Under the pieces are notes generated by a model. It was not told the DNA's origin. It searched no databases and saw only the letters and a program-made list of their open reading frames with translations. Both the position numbers and the translations under genes were made by a program. DNA of 64,000 nt from NCBI GenBank assembly GCA_963701315.1, contig OY969603.1:3159320-3223319 (forward strand), given 5' to 3'. Within the stretch, counting starts at the first letter, position 1, and each line of letters opens with the position of its first letter. The stretch comes from an uncultured Acidobacteriota bacterium (lineage in GTDB: Bacteria > Acidobacteriota > Vicinamibacteria > Vicinamibacterales > Fen-181). Of the stretch, positions 40,298-53,670 are shown in pieces.

Positions 40298-41578
40298 CTA
40301 GCGCCTCGCCTGCAGCCGCGCGACTGCGTGCGCGGCGGAGGTGGCCACCGCCTGATTCTTGTCGGTCTCGAAGGGTTCGATGGCCGCGGCCGCATCCCGG
40401 CTCCCGACCGCGCTGACGATCTCGATGAGCGCCACCCGCGTCCGGGGCGCGAGGGACGGGAACGTGGCGGACCGCATCGCGGCGACGATTGCGGGCACGA
40501 CGGCATGGCCGAGCTCGACCAGGTAGTCCTGAGCCTGCTCTCGGGTGGCGCGGGCGTCGAGCGCGGCGATGAGGAGGTCGGTCCGGTCGGCGAGCCCCGC
40601 GCGATGCTGGGCAAAGGTCACCGCCAGGCGGACGGCGGCCGACTGCTGGCCGCCCAGCGCGGCGTCCAGGCCGGCCACCTCACGGCTCCGGCATCGGCCG
40701 AGGCCCTCGACCGCGGCGACCAGGAACCGGTCGTCGTTCTTCCCCAGGGCAGATTGAAAGACCGGCATCGACGACGGGTGGCCAATGCGGGCCAGCGCGA
40801 AGAGCGCCGCCGAGGCGTCGTCGCCTTTCTTGTAGTAGTCGTAGAGGCTGGCCAGGGAGGCGACGGCGCGTTCCCACCGGAGATCGCCCAGCGCGCCCAT
40901 CGCTGCCGCCCGCACGCCTGGCTCCGGGTCGTTCAGCGTGTGCACGAGCGCATCGCCGAGCCGGTCGAGCCCGGCGACCGAGCAGGGCTGCGGGCACCGC
41001 CGGAAGACACGGCCCGCGGCCCGGGCGGCGGCGGCGCGCCCGGCCGGTTCCGGATCGGCCAGGCGTTCGGCCAGCGTGGCGCCCACGCGCTCGTAGGCGG
41101 GCGGGGGCACCACGTCGTCGATCTGCGCGAGCACGCCGAGCGCGTAGAGCGCCTCCACGCGAAACGCCGGGTCCTTGTGGGCGGTCGGCGCCAGCAGGCC
41201 CGTCACCACCGCCACGGGCACCGGGGCGATGGGCAGCGACGACCAGCCCGCCTCGAAGGCGGCGCGTGCCGGCTGGTCGTTGCGCATTTCGACGACCAGG
41301 CCGACGTGGCGTGTCGGCTTCACGGGCACGCCGAGCAGCAGGCTCAGCTCCGCGTAGGTGGCCGCCCGCTGCACGCGGTCGTCCGGGTCGTTCAGGAGCG
41401 GGGCGATCGGTCCGGCGGCCTCGGGGTAGCCGGACTCCACGAGCAGGCCGAGCGCCGACAACCGCGCGGCGGGATCGGGCGCCTTGAGGCGCGCCGCGAC
41501 CTGGTCGAACGGCAGCTGCTGCGAGGCGGCCATCGAGGCCGACAGCGTGACGAGGAGGAGGGCAGCCGATCGTCGCAT
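40298..41578 (-). CDS. secreted HEAT/armadillo-like repeat protein
   Basis: Signal peptide MRRSAALLLVTLSASMAA. Repeated DPDxRVRAAA-type helical repeats (NDPDDRVQRAA, NDPEPGVRAAAMGALG). Confidence 0.6.
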   Translation of the reverse strand: MRRSAALLLVTLSASMAASQQLPFDQVAARLKAPDPAARLSALGLLVESGYPEAAGPIAPLLNDPDDRVQRAATYAELSLLLGVPVKPTRHVGLVVEMRNDQPARAAFEAGWSSLPIAPVPVAVVTGLLAPTAHKDPAFRVEALYALGVLAQIDDVVPPPAYERVGATLAERLADPEPAGRAAAARAAGRVFRRCPQPCSVAGLDRLGDALVHTLNDPEPGVRAAAMGALGDLRWERAVASLASLYDYYKKGDDASAALFALARIGHPSSMPVFQSALGKNDDRFLVAAVEGLGRCRSREVAGLDAALGGQQSAAVRLAVTFAQHRAGLADRTDLLIAALDARATREQAQDYLVELGHAVVPAIVAAMRSATFPSLAPRTRVALIEIVSAVGSRDAAAAIEPFETDKNQAVATSAAHAVARLQARR

Positions 41579-41624
41579 TCTGGCGATCCTACCACTACCG
41601 TCCGGCCTCCCCTGCCGCGAGCGG

Positions 41625-44561
<2,937 letters not shown>

Positions 44562-44729
44562 CAGGGCCTACTGCGGCGCTCAGACACACTGCCGCAAATA
44601 AACCATGGTACTCCACGCGCACCCCGCGTTCAACCGCGAGAAGACCCAAAGCCCGGCCGTGGGGAGGGAAGGGCCGGAGAGCCCGCCGCGCGTCGCGCGA
44701 GCCCTCCGTCTGCCGCCGGGCTCACGGAT

Positions 44730-45155
44730 CTACTTGGCTGGCTTGCGCTTGGCGACCCAGTTGGTGACCATCTGGCCGCCGCCGTAATCCAGCGTGCCGG
44801 TCATCTGGTCCGGTCCGACCGTCGCACTCATGCTCACAGGAGACCCGTCCACGTAGGTGAAGGCAATCGTCAGCTTCGCCTCCTTCTCGGCCCACGCCCC
44901 CTGGCTGATGGCCGCCGCCCCCTGCGGACCCGCCACCTCGCCGGTCACCTTGTCCTTGTCCAGCTTCAACGTCATGCTGAACGCCATCGCGCCGTCCGGC
45001 ATATCGACGAGCCCTTCCCATTCGCCCGTCACGGGATCGGAGGCGGCCGCCTGGGTCTTGTCCGGCTCCTTGGGCTTGTCCTGCGCCCCGGCGGGAGCAC
45101 CCGCGGCCAGACCGACGACCAGCGCGAGAGCGAGCATCCAGACCACCTTGCGCAT
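44730..45155 (-). CDS. small secreted hypothetical protein
   Basis: Signal peptide MRKVVWMLALALVVGLAAGAPAGA and non-shadow composition. No family recognised. Confidence 0.5.
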   Translation of the reverse strand: MRKVVWMLALALVVGLAAGAPAGAQDKPKEPDKTQAAASDPVTGEWEGLVDMPDGAMAFSMTLKLDKDKVTGEVAGPQGAAAISQGAWAEKEAKLTIAFTYVDGSPVSMSATVGPDQMTGTLDYGGGQMVTNWVAKRKPAK

Positions 45156-45182
45156 ACGAGGTTCCTCCCTGATCCTGCCGTC

Positions 45183-46178
45183 CTACACCAGGACGGACTG
45201 GTAGGCAAAGAGCGCGGGCGACCCGCCCGTGTGGACGAACAGCACGTGTTCGCCCTTCTTGAAGATCCCACGCCGAATCAGCCCAATCAGGCCCGCCATC
45301 GCCTTGCCCGTGTAGACCGGGTCGAGGAGCACGCCCTCGACGCGGGCCACCATCTGCACCGCTTCCACCATCTCCGGCGACGGCACCGAGTAGCCCGGTC
45401 CGACCCAGTCGCCGAGTGCGGTCACGGCCTCCCGCGGGACGCCGCCCTCGATGCCGAGCAGCGCGGCGACCTCCTGGGCCAGCTTGAAGACGTTGGGCTC
45501 CTGTTCTTCCCTCGGGCGCCGGACGTTGATGCCGGTCAGCGGAATCCGGCTGTGGTTGCCGAGCAGGCCGACGAGCAGCCCGGCGTGCGTCCCGGTGCTG
45601 CCGCTCGCGCACACGATGTGGTCGAGCCGCAGGCCCATGTCCCAGGTCTGGGCCAGGATCTCCTCCGCACACGACACATAGCCGAGCGCGCCCAGCGCGT
45701 TCGAGCCGCCGCCGGGAATGATGTACGCCTTCCGGCCCAGCGCGGCCACCTCGTCGGCGACCGCCTGCATCGCGCGGCCGAGGTCCACGCCCAACTGGAC
45801 GACCGTAACCGACTCGACGCCGAGCAGGCGGAACAGGAAGTTGTTGCCACCGGCTTCAGGGTTGTAGCTGTGGGCGACGCGCTCCTCGATGACCAGGCGG
45901 CAGCGCATCCCCTCCTTGACCGCGGCGGCGAGCGTCAGCCGGCAGTGATTCGACTGCACGGCCCCACAGGTAATCAGCGTATCGGCGCCCTGCGCGAGCG
46001 CGTCGGCCACGAGGAATTCCAGTTTCCGCGTCTTGTTGCCACCGCCCGCCAGACCGAGCAGATCATCGCGCTTGATGTAGATGTCGGGACCGCCGAGCAG
46101 CTGCGAAAGGCGTTCCAGTTTCTCGAGCGGCGTCCAGCCCGACGTGTAGCGGCGCCGCGGAAATCGTGCCAGGTGCAT
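45183..46178 (-). CDS. D-cysteine desulfhydrase / ACC deaminase family PLP enzyme
   Basis: KRDDLLGLAGGGNKTRKLEFL (PLP lysine context) and CGAVQSNHCR. ATG at 46178 preceded by AGGAG. Confidence 0.85.
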   Translation of the reverse strand: MHLARFPRRRYTSGWTPLEKLERLSQLLGGPDIYIKRDDLLGLAGGGNKTRKLEFLVADALAQGADTLITCGAVQSNHCRLTLAAAVKEGMRCRLVIEERVAHSYNPEAGGNNFLFRLLGVESVTVVQLGVDLGRAMQAVADEVAALGRKAYIIPGGGSNALGALGYVSCAEEILAQTWDMGLRLDHIVCASGSTGTHAGLLVGLLGNHSRIPLTGINVRRPREEQEPNVFKLAQEVAALLGIEGGVPREAVTALGDWVGPGYSVPSPEMVEAVQMVARVEGVLLDPVYTGKAMAGLIGLIRRGIFKKGEHVLFVHTGGSPALFAYQSVLV

Positions 46179-46220
46179 AGACGACTCACTCCTGTTTCCA
46201 GGGGGTTGATGCGAAGGTGC

Positions 46221-46249
46221 GTTACAGGCTACCACGCGCCGTGTAGAAT
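46221..46249 (+). promoter_or_regulatory. candidate promoter GTTACA-17-TAGAAT, 9 nt upstream of the ATG at 46259
   Basis: Hexamers read by eye. Implies a very short or absent leader. No Shine-Dalgarno sequence visible. Confidence 0.35.
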
Positions 46250-46258
46250 CTGAATACC

Positions 46259-47266
46259 ATGGGCACCTCGCTCACGATTGGCCGCGTCTGGCGCCTGGTC
46301 AAGGAAGTCGACCTCGAAGCGGTGCGCCGCGAAGCGGCTCGCCGCGTCCACCTGCTCGTCATTGGCGAGACGACCGGCGACGCCGATGAGCTCGCCGTTC
46401 GGCTGGCCGAAGGGCAGGACGATCCGACCCCGTGGCTGACGGCCGTCGACGCGCCCTTGGCCCGGTTCGGTCCGGCACGGTCGGAGACGGGAGGGCATGA
46501 AGCGGTCGTGGACGGACCCGACGTGGTGCTGTTCGTGACGCGCGGCACGGAGACCTCCCGGGACATGACCGAGGCGCGGCAACAATGGCTGCGCCGGCCC
46601 GTCCGGCGAGTCACCGTGGCGATCGCGAGCGGCGCGGCCGCCGGTCACATCCGCACCCGCGACGGATCGGCGCGCGTGGCCATCGATCGGCTCGACGCCG
46701 AGGGCTTCTCCTCGATCGTGGACGCGTTGTTCGAGGTGGTCGAACCGGAGAAACGCCTGGCGCTGGCAAGGTGCTTCCCGTCGCTGCGCCCCAAGGTCTA
46801 CAACAGGCTCATCGACGACACCGCCCGGGCCAATGCGGCCTATGCCTTCAGCACCGGCCTGGCCGAGGTCGTCCCCCTGCTCGACATCCCGCTCAACATC
46901 GGCGACGTGGTCGTGCTGACCAAGAACCAACTGGTCATGGCGTACCGTCTGGCGCTCGCCGCGGGCAAGGAAGGACGGCCTCGCGATCTGCTGGGCGAGA
47001 TCGTCGGCGTGATCGGGGGCGGGCTGCTCTTCCGCCAAATCGCGCGCCAGCTGGTCGGCCTCATCCCGGTCATCGGCATCGTCCCGAAAGTCGCGGTGGC
47101 CTACGGCGGCACGTGGGCAATCGGGCGGGCCGTCGTCCTCTGGGCCACCGAGGGGCACCGAGTCGCCGGCCGGAGGCTGAAGGCGCTCACCCGTGAGGGG
47201 CTGACCCGGGGCCGCGCCGTCGCCCGTACGCTGACCAAACGCCAGGCCCCGCCCGCCACTCCGTAG
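46259..47266 (+). CDS. DUF697-like membrane-associated protein with degenerate GTPase-like N-domain
   Basis: The C-terminal half (IPLNIGDVVVLTKNQLVMAYRLALAAGK...GLIPVIGIVPKVAVAYGGTWAIG) resembles YcjF/DUF697. The N-terminal VIGETTGDADEL sits where a GxxxxGK[ST] P-loop would be. Confidence 0.55.
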   Translation: MGTSLTIGRVWRLVKEVDLEAVRREAARRVHLLVIGETTGDADELAVRLAEGQDDPTPWLTAVDAPLARFGPARSETGGHEAVVDGPDVVLFVTRGTETSRDMTEARQQWLRRPVRRVTVAIASGAAAGHIRTRDGSARVAIDRLDAEGFSSIVDALFEVVEPEKRLALARCFPSLRPKVYNRLIDDTARANAAYAFSTGLAEVVPLLDIPLNIGDVVVLTKNQLVMAYRLALAAGKEGRPRDLLGEIVGVIGGGLLFRQIARQLVGLIPVIGIVPKVAVAYGGTWAIGRAVVLWATEGHRVAGRRLKALTREGLTRGRAVARTLTKRQAPPATP

Positions 47267-47293
47267 GCAGTGCTGCCGCCGCCGACCCCGTGA

Positions 47294-48030
47294 CGCCCGG
47301 CCGGGCCTGGTCATCCCTTCGCGTGCCTCTCGGTCGCGGACACCGGTCACGGGATGGACGAGGCCACCGTCGCCCAGATCTTCCAGCCGTTCTTCACGAC
47401 GAAGGCCGCGGGCCAGGGAACCGGCCTCGGGCTGAGCATGGTGTACGGGATCGGGCGGTAGCACGACGGGTGGGTCGAGGTGACCACCGCACCGGGCCAG
47501 GGCGCCGAGTTCCGCGTGTACCTGCCCTCGGCGGACGAGGTACCGGCCGACGCCCCTGCCGAACAGGCGGAGGTGTCCAGCCAGCGGGGTACCCAGGCGG
47601 TGCTGGTGGTCGAGGACGAACCGAGCGTCCGCATCCTGATCGTGCGGCTCCTGCAAGGGGCGGGCTATCGCGTTCGTCAGGCGGAGAGCGCCACGGCCGC
47701 GCTCGAACGCTGGCGCGAGCCGGACGCGCCTTCGATCTCCTGCTCACCGACATGGTCATGCCGGGCGGCCTGAGCGGCCGCGATCTGGCCGAGCGCCTCA
47801 CGCACGGCAAGCCCGACCTGCGCGGGATCTACATGTCCGGCTACAGCGTGGAACTGGCGGAGAAAGGTCCGCTGTCGGATCTCGGCGCCGGGTTCCTGCC
47901 CAAGCCGTCCACCTCGGCGAGATTGATCATTGATCAACGCCGTGCGCCGCGCCCTCGCCGCCTGGCGAACCCCTCGGCCGAGGACGCGGCCCGTGGGCTC
48001 GCTGCAACGTCGCCCGGTCAGTCGAGGTAG
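47294..48030 (+). pseudogene. remnant of a hybrid histidine kinase (HATPase_c tail + receiver domain): 5'-truncated, in-frame TAG, 1-nt frameshift, 7-bp duplication
   Basis: [47 protein letters not shown](47459-61)-HDGWVEVTTAPGQGAEFRVYLP. Then the REC domain AVLVVEDEPSVRIL..., with a frame change near 47728 before FDLLLTDMVMPGGLSG. No HisKA or sensor region precedes it. Confidence 0.7.
47923..47936 (+). repeat. 7-bp tandem duplication TTGATCA-TTGATCA inside the receiver-domain remnant
   Basis: Exact adjacent copies at 47923-29 and 47930-36. Collapsing them to one copy reads ...TSARLINAVRRALAAW, a typical receiver C-terminal helix. Confidence 0.8.
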
Positions 48031-49601
48031 TTCGTGTACTTCGACCAGAGGTCCTCGGCCAGCTTCCAGTACGCGTCCACGGTGCCGTTGGCCAGGTCGA
48101 GGGAGTACTTCGTCAGGAACTCGCGGGCTTTCTGGGGATCCTGCTTCAGCAGTCGAAGCGCCTCCTCCTCCACCGTCGCCTGGTCGGCGAACGCCTTGCC
48201 TTCGATCGGCTCCCACACGTTCTGGACGTCCTTCACCATGTCCTGCCACCTTAGCGTGGCCAGCTGGCTGACCTGGCGGAAGGCCCACCACGCGGAGTCC
48301 CGCCGGAAGTGCGCACGGCCGTCCACCATGTACGAGGCCGGCATCGTGGTGATGCCGATGTGGAAGGGCAGGTGGGGCGTCGTCATCGGGTTGTCGTACC
48401 CGAGCCACACGACGCCGCCGACCGGGTCGGGCAGCCACCCGCGCGACTGCGTGATCTGGACGTAGGTGGCGCGCTTGCAGGCGATGGTGCGCTCGGAGGT
48501 GATGTTGAACGCGTCGAGATAGTCCTGGCTCATGAACGGGCTGGCGATCGGGTTCCTGGCCACCCGCCCGTCCCGGCCGGCCTTGATGAGCGACCGCGTC
48601 ATGTCGAAGGCGGTGTCCTGGTAGGTGTCCCGGAAGATGTCGAGCACGTCCTTGACCGAGAGCTTCCGCTCCGCCTTCACCGAGAGCGGGTAGTGCTCGG
48701 AGTTGGGATCGAGCTTCAGGGAGGGCGCGATCCGGCTCAGGGCGCGCCACTCGCGGCGGCGGCTGCCCATCGCGGTGCGGGACCCGTAGACCGTGCAGAA
48801 CTCGAACGCCTCGCCGTCCTTCGCGTTCCACCACCCCAGTTCCTCGGCCAGGGAGACCACGTTGGCGGAGGCCAGGTAGTGGTCCGTATCGCGGAGATCC
48901 AGCTTTCGGATGCGCGGCGCGTTGGCGGACACGAACACCGAGTCGTCCGGGATGCGCACGGCGGCCCACACCGCGCCTTTCTTTCCCTTGCCCGGTCCGA
49001 GAATCTCGAAGATCCACGCCTCGTTCGGATCGGCAAAGGTGAACGCCTCGCCGGCGTCCGTGTAGCCGTACTCCCGGGTCAGCGCATCCGCGATGTGGAT
49101 GGCCTCGCGCGCCGTCCTGGCGCGTTCCAGGACCAGGCGGTACAGCTCCGGACAGTCGATGATGCCCTTGTCGCTGACGAGTTCGCGCTTGCCGCCGAAC
49201 GTCGTCTCGCCGATCGCGAGCTGGTGCTCGTTCATGATCGGGTACGCGGCGTTCAGGTACCCGAACGTCTCGGGCACCTGCGGGATCTCGCCGGTCTCCA
49301 CGCGGTCCGGGTCGTCCGGTCCCTTCGTGCCCTTCGGGTCGTAGTACACCTTCGCCATCTCGCCCGGGCCGTGCTTGCGGTTGGGGACGATGTTCATCCA
49401 CGTGCGGTCGGTGGTGCTGTCGCAGGAGTGGGAGGTCATCGTCGCCCCGTCGGCCGAGGCCGCCTTGCCCACCAGGATGCTCGTGCAACCCTCGCAGGTC
49501 GGGCAGACGAGCGGGAGCGGCTCCTGCACCCGCACGGACGAGCCGGCCAGCAGGACGAGGCACGCAACGGTCAACGCCAATCGAACGCGCAGAGGGCGCA
49601 T
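48018..49601 (-). CDS. C69-family dipeptidase, secreted
   Basis: Signal peptide then CTSILVGKAASADGATMTSHSCD (N-terminal nucleophile Cys context). ATG at 49601 preceded by GAGGAG. Only the 3' part of ORF 48018..49982 is used. Confidence 0.85.
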   Translation of the reverse strand: MRPLRVRLALTVACLVLLAGSSVRVQEPLPLVCPTCEGCTSILVGKAASADGATMTSHSCDSTTDRTWMNIVPNRKHGPGEMAKVYYDPKGTKGPDDPDRVETGEIPQVPETFGYLNAAYPIMNEHQLAIGETTFGGKRELVSDKGIIDCPELYRLVLERARTAREAIHIADALTREYGYTDAGEAFTFADPNEAWIFEILGPGKGKKGAVWAAVRIPDDSVFVSANAPRIRKLDLRDTDHYLASANVVSLAEELGWWNAKDGEAFEFCTVYGSRTAMGSRRREWRALSRIAPSLKLDPNSEHYPLSVKAERKLSVKDVLDIFRDTYQDTAFDMTRSLIKAGRDGRVARNPIASPFMSQDYLDAFNITSERTIACKRATYVQITQSRGWLPDPVGGVVWLGYDNPMTTPHLPFHIGITTMPASYMVDGRAHFRRDSAWWAFRQVSQLATLRWQDMVKDVQNVWEPIEGKAFADQATVEEEALRLLKQDPQKAREFLTKYSLDLANGTVDAYWKLAEDLWSKYTNYLD

Positions 49602-49709
49602 GGCGGACTCCTCGAAAAGCGGTGGGGACCACGAGCCGGGCGAGAGCATAGCATGAGTGCCTGTGTTAGCATTCCCAGACACTCCGACCGGACCGCTGGA
49701 GGTCCGCCC

Positions 49710-50543
49710 ATGACGTCGCCCAGCCTGCGGCCGTTGAGCACGGGAGAGCTGCTCGACCTGACCTTCTCGCTGTACCGCAACCACTTCCTGCTGTTTGTCG
49801 GCATCGTGGCCGTCCCCCAGCTGGCGCTGGCGGCCGTCCAGCTGTTCGGCCTCGCGGTCATGCCGCGGCCGACCGGGCCGTTCGCCGTCGTCCCCACCTT
49901 GCTGTGGATGCCCGTCGCCGTGGTCGTCGCGCTCGCCGTGACCGCCGCCTCCCAGGGCGCCACCGTGATTGCCGTGTCGCACGTCTACCTGGGCCGACCG
50001 ATCTCGGTCATGGCCTCCCTCGAGGTCATCCGGCCGCGGATCGTCTCGCTCGCCCTGACGATGATCGTCATCGGCCTGTTCGTGACGGTCGGGCTCCTGC
50101 TGCTGATCGTCCCGGGTATTCTGCTGTCGCTGATGTGGGCCGTCGCCATCCCGGTGGCCGTGCTCGAGGAGCGGAGCCTGCTCGACGCGGCGTCGCGCAG
50201 CGCCGAGCTCACCCGGGGTGACCGGCTGCGCGTCGCGGTCATCTACGTGCTCTTCCTCCTGCTGGTCTGGATCGTGTCGATGGTGATCAATCTCCCCCTG
50301 ACCATTGCGGCCGTCGTGTCGGCGATGGCCGGCGGCGTGACGCCCGGCACGACGGCGCCGTGGATGCAGGTGGTCGGCATCGTGTCATCGTTTCTCACCC
50401 AATGCCTGGTCGCGCCGCTGATGACCATCGCCTTCTCGCTGCTCTACTACGACGAGCGCGTGCGCAAGGAGGCGTTCGATCTCGAGCTGATGATGGCGAC
50501 CATCGACGGGCAGACGCCCCTCGCTCCCGAATCCGGCGCATGA
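49710..50543 (+). CDS. polytopic membrane protein, first gene of the MoxR cluster
   Basis: About 6 hydrophobic helices. ATG at 49710 preceded by GGAGG. Its stop overlaps the next start (ATGA). Confidence 0.6.
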   Translation: MTSPSLRPLSTGELLDLTFSLYRNHFLLFVGIVAVPQLALAAVQLFGLAVMPRPTGPFAVVPTLLWMPVAVVVALAVTAASQGATVIAVSHVYLGRPISVMASLEVIRPRIVSLALTMIVIGLFVTVGLLLLIVPGILLSLMWAVAIPVAVLEERSLLDAASRSAELTRGDRLRVAVIYVLFLLLVWIVSMVINLPLTIAAVVSAMAGGVTPGTTAPWMQVVGIVSSFLTQCLVAPLMTIAFSLLYYDERVRKEAFDLELMMATIDGQTPLAPESGA

Positions 50544-51490
50544 GAGGACGGTTCACCTGGCTCCCGGTGATCGTCGTGCTGACGGCGGTGGCCGCGGCGG
50601 CCGCGCCCGCACCGACGCCGCTGTCGCCCTCGGCCTACCGCGCGGAGCTCGACCGGCTGCTCGAGGCGACCCGCGGCATCGAGGGCCGCGCCGGCGACGT
50701 CCCCGCCCTGGTCTCGACGCTGCCATCCTCGTGGCGCATCGAGACGCCGGACCGTCGCTTCGATGTCCCGACGGCGTGGCTGCGCGGCGACCTGCACGCC
50801 CTGGCCCAGAAGCCGGACGCGCGGAGCGCGGCGCAGATCCGCGATCACCTGCGCCTTCTGCGCGACGAGCTCGACGCCTACGACGCGCCGCCGCGGGACC
50901 TCTCCCGAGAGCGTGTGCGGTTGGGGCGGATCCTCGCCCAAAGGGAGTTCGCGGACGTCGGCGGGCCGTCCTGGTTCGAGCGCGTGCGGCAGCGCGTGCT
51001 CCTCTTCCTGGTCCGCCTGCTCGAGCGGGTCGTCACGTCCTCGAACATCCCGGCCATCGGGCGAATCGTCGTCTACCTCCTGGTGGGCATCACGCTGCTC
51101 GTGACCGCACTGTGGGTGTACCGCAGCCTCCGCCGGAGAGGCGCCCGGGACGCGCCGAGAGTGGGCGAGCTCCCGCCCTCGGCCAAGGCCTGGACCGCGT
51201 GGCTCGCTGAGGCGCGCGACGCCGGGGCGCGCGGCGCCTGGCGGGACGGCGTGCACCTGGGCTACTGGGCCGCCATCTCGTTCCTGGAGTCGGCCGGCGC
51301 ATGGCCACCCGACCGCGCCCGCACACCGCGCGAATACCTGCGGCTCGTGCCGGAGGGCGACGGCCATCGCCCGGTGCTCTCCTCGCTCACCTCGAGGTTC
51401 GAGCTGGTGTGGTACGGCGACCAGGCCGCCGACGACCGGACGTTTGCGAGTGTGCTGGCCGATCTGGAGCGTTTGGGATGCCGCGTCTAG
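50540..51490 (+). CDS. DUF4129 domain membrane protein
   Basis: Signal/anchor, a central TM helix (IVVYLLVGITLLVTALWVY), and C-terminal RTPREYLRLV...LTSRFELVWYG matching the DUF4129 pattern as I recall it. Confidence 0.7.
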   Translation: MRGRFTWLPVIVVLTAVAAAAAPAPTPLSPSAYRAELDRLLEATRGIEGRAGDVPALVSTLPSSWRIETPDRRFDVPTAWLRGDLHALAQKPDARSAAQIRDHLRLLRDELDAYDAPPRDLSRERVRLGRILAQREFADVGGPSWFERVRQRVLLFLVRLLERVVTSSNIPAIGRIVVYLLVGITLLVTALWVYRSLRRRGARDAPRVGELPPSAKAWTAWLAEARDAGARGAWRDGVHLGYWAAISFLESAGAWPPDRARTPREYLRLVPEGDGHRPVLSSLTSRFELVWYGDQAADDRTFASVLADLERLGCRV

Positions 51491-52647
51491 ATCGGGACGA
51501 TCGGCGCACGCTCATCGGCGCAGCGACCACATTGCTCGTGCTCGTCGCCCTGACGCTCGTTGTCGCGCCCGCGGGCACCGACAAGGAGGAGCTCCCCTCA
51601 ACCTACTCCTCAAGCTCGAAGGGCGCCGGGGCGGTGTACCTGCTGCTCCGGCAGTCGGGCTACCGCGTGGAACGCTGGGGGCGGCCGCTGCGCGACCTGC
51701 CCGTCGGCGCGACGGGCACCCTGGTGCTCGCCGAACCCACCAGCGCCCCCGGCGGCGCCGACATCGACCGCCTGCGCGCGTTCGTGGCGGGGGGCGGACG
51801 GGTCGTCGCCACCGGGCAGTTCGCCGGCGCGTTCCTCCCGGACGCCGCCGTCGTGCCCCGCCCGTGGATCGTCGTCTGGGAGCGCGTGCGGGCGCTCTCG
51901 CCCGCCCGGCCCACCCGGGTCGCACCCGAGATCACGCTGGTGGCCCAGGCGTACTGGGACCGGAGCGGTGCGGTCACGCCGCTCTACGGCGATAGTGAGC
52001 ACGTGTTCGTGGTGCACTACCGCCACGGCCGCGGAGACATCACCTGGTGGGCCTCGGCCACGCCATTGACCAACGCAGGCCTCAAGGAACCGGGCAACCT
52101 CGACTTCGTCCTCGCCTGCCTCGGCGGCCCGTCGGACGGTCCGATCCTCTGGGACGAGTTCGTCCACGGCTACCAGGAGCGCACGACCCGGGATGCGGCC
52201 CGGTCGCCCTTCACCTGGATGGGGATTCAGGCGGGGCTGCTGGCCTTTGCGACCCTGGTCACCTTCTCGCGGCGGAGCGGTCCCGTGCTCCCCCCGCCAA
52301 CCACCGCCCGCTTGTCGCCCCTCGAGTTCGTGCGGACGCTCGGCGGGCTGTACCAGCGCGCGGGCGCGGCGTCGGTCGCCGTGGACATCTGTCACGAACG
52401 GTTCCGCTACTGGCTGGCGCGTCGCCTCGGCATTGTCGCCACCGTGCCGGTCGCGGAGCTCGAGCGGGTGCTAGCCGAGCGCTGGCGGTTCGAGGATGCC
52501 GGGTTCGGGGAGACGCTGCGTGCCTGCGAACGGGCCCGCGAGGCGGTGGACCTCCGACCGGGGGAGGCCCTGAGGCTGGTGCAGGCGCTCTTCACGTACG
52601 CGGCGGCCTTGCGGGTGTTCCGCCCACCGCCCCCGCCCGTCTCGTAG
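51478..52647 (+). CDS. DUF4350 domain membrane protein
   Basis: STYSSSSKGAGAVYLLLRQSGYRVERWG...TLVLAEP...LRAFVAGGGRVVATG fits the DUF4350 pattern. Overlaps the upstream gene by 13 nt. Confidence 0.65.
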   Translation: MPRLDRDDRRTLIGAATTLLVLVALTLVVAPAGTDKEELPSTYSSSSKGAGAVYLLLRQSGYRVERWGRPLRDLPVGATGTLVLAEPTSAPGGADIDRLRAFVAGGGRVVATGQFAGAFLPDAAVVPRPWIVVWERVRALSPARPTRVAPEITLVAQAYWDRSGAVTPLYGDSEHVFVVHYRHGRGDITWWASATPLTNAGLKEPGNLDFVLACLGGPSDGPILWDEFVHGYQERTTRDAARSPFTWMGIQAGLLAFATLVTFSRRSGPVLPPPTTARLSPLEFVRTLGGLYQRAGAASVAVDICHERFRYWLARRLGIVATVPVAELERVLAERWRFEDAGFGETLRACERAREAVDLRPGEALRLVQALFTYAAALRVFRPPPPPVS

Positions 52648-52722
52648 CCAACGGTACCGGGCCGCGAACGGGGACGGTCCCCCCGCTCTCACGGCAGCGG
52701 CGCCACAAGGAGGAGTATTGCG

Positions 52723-53666
<944 letters not shown>

Positions 53667-53670
<4 letters not shown>

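Noticed and set aside
44562-44730. Search for an SOS/LexA operator upstream of uvrA (GTTC-N7-GTTC or CGAAC-type)
   Set aside because: Only a single GTTC (…GCGTTCAACCGCG…) is present, with no second half-site at the right spacing.
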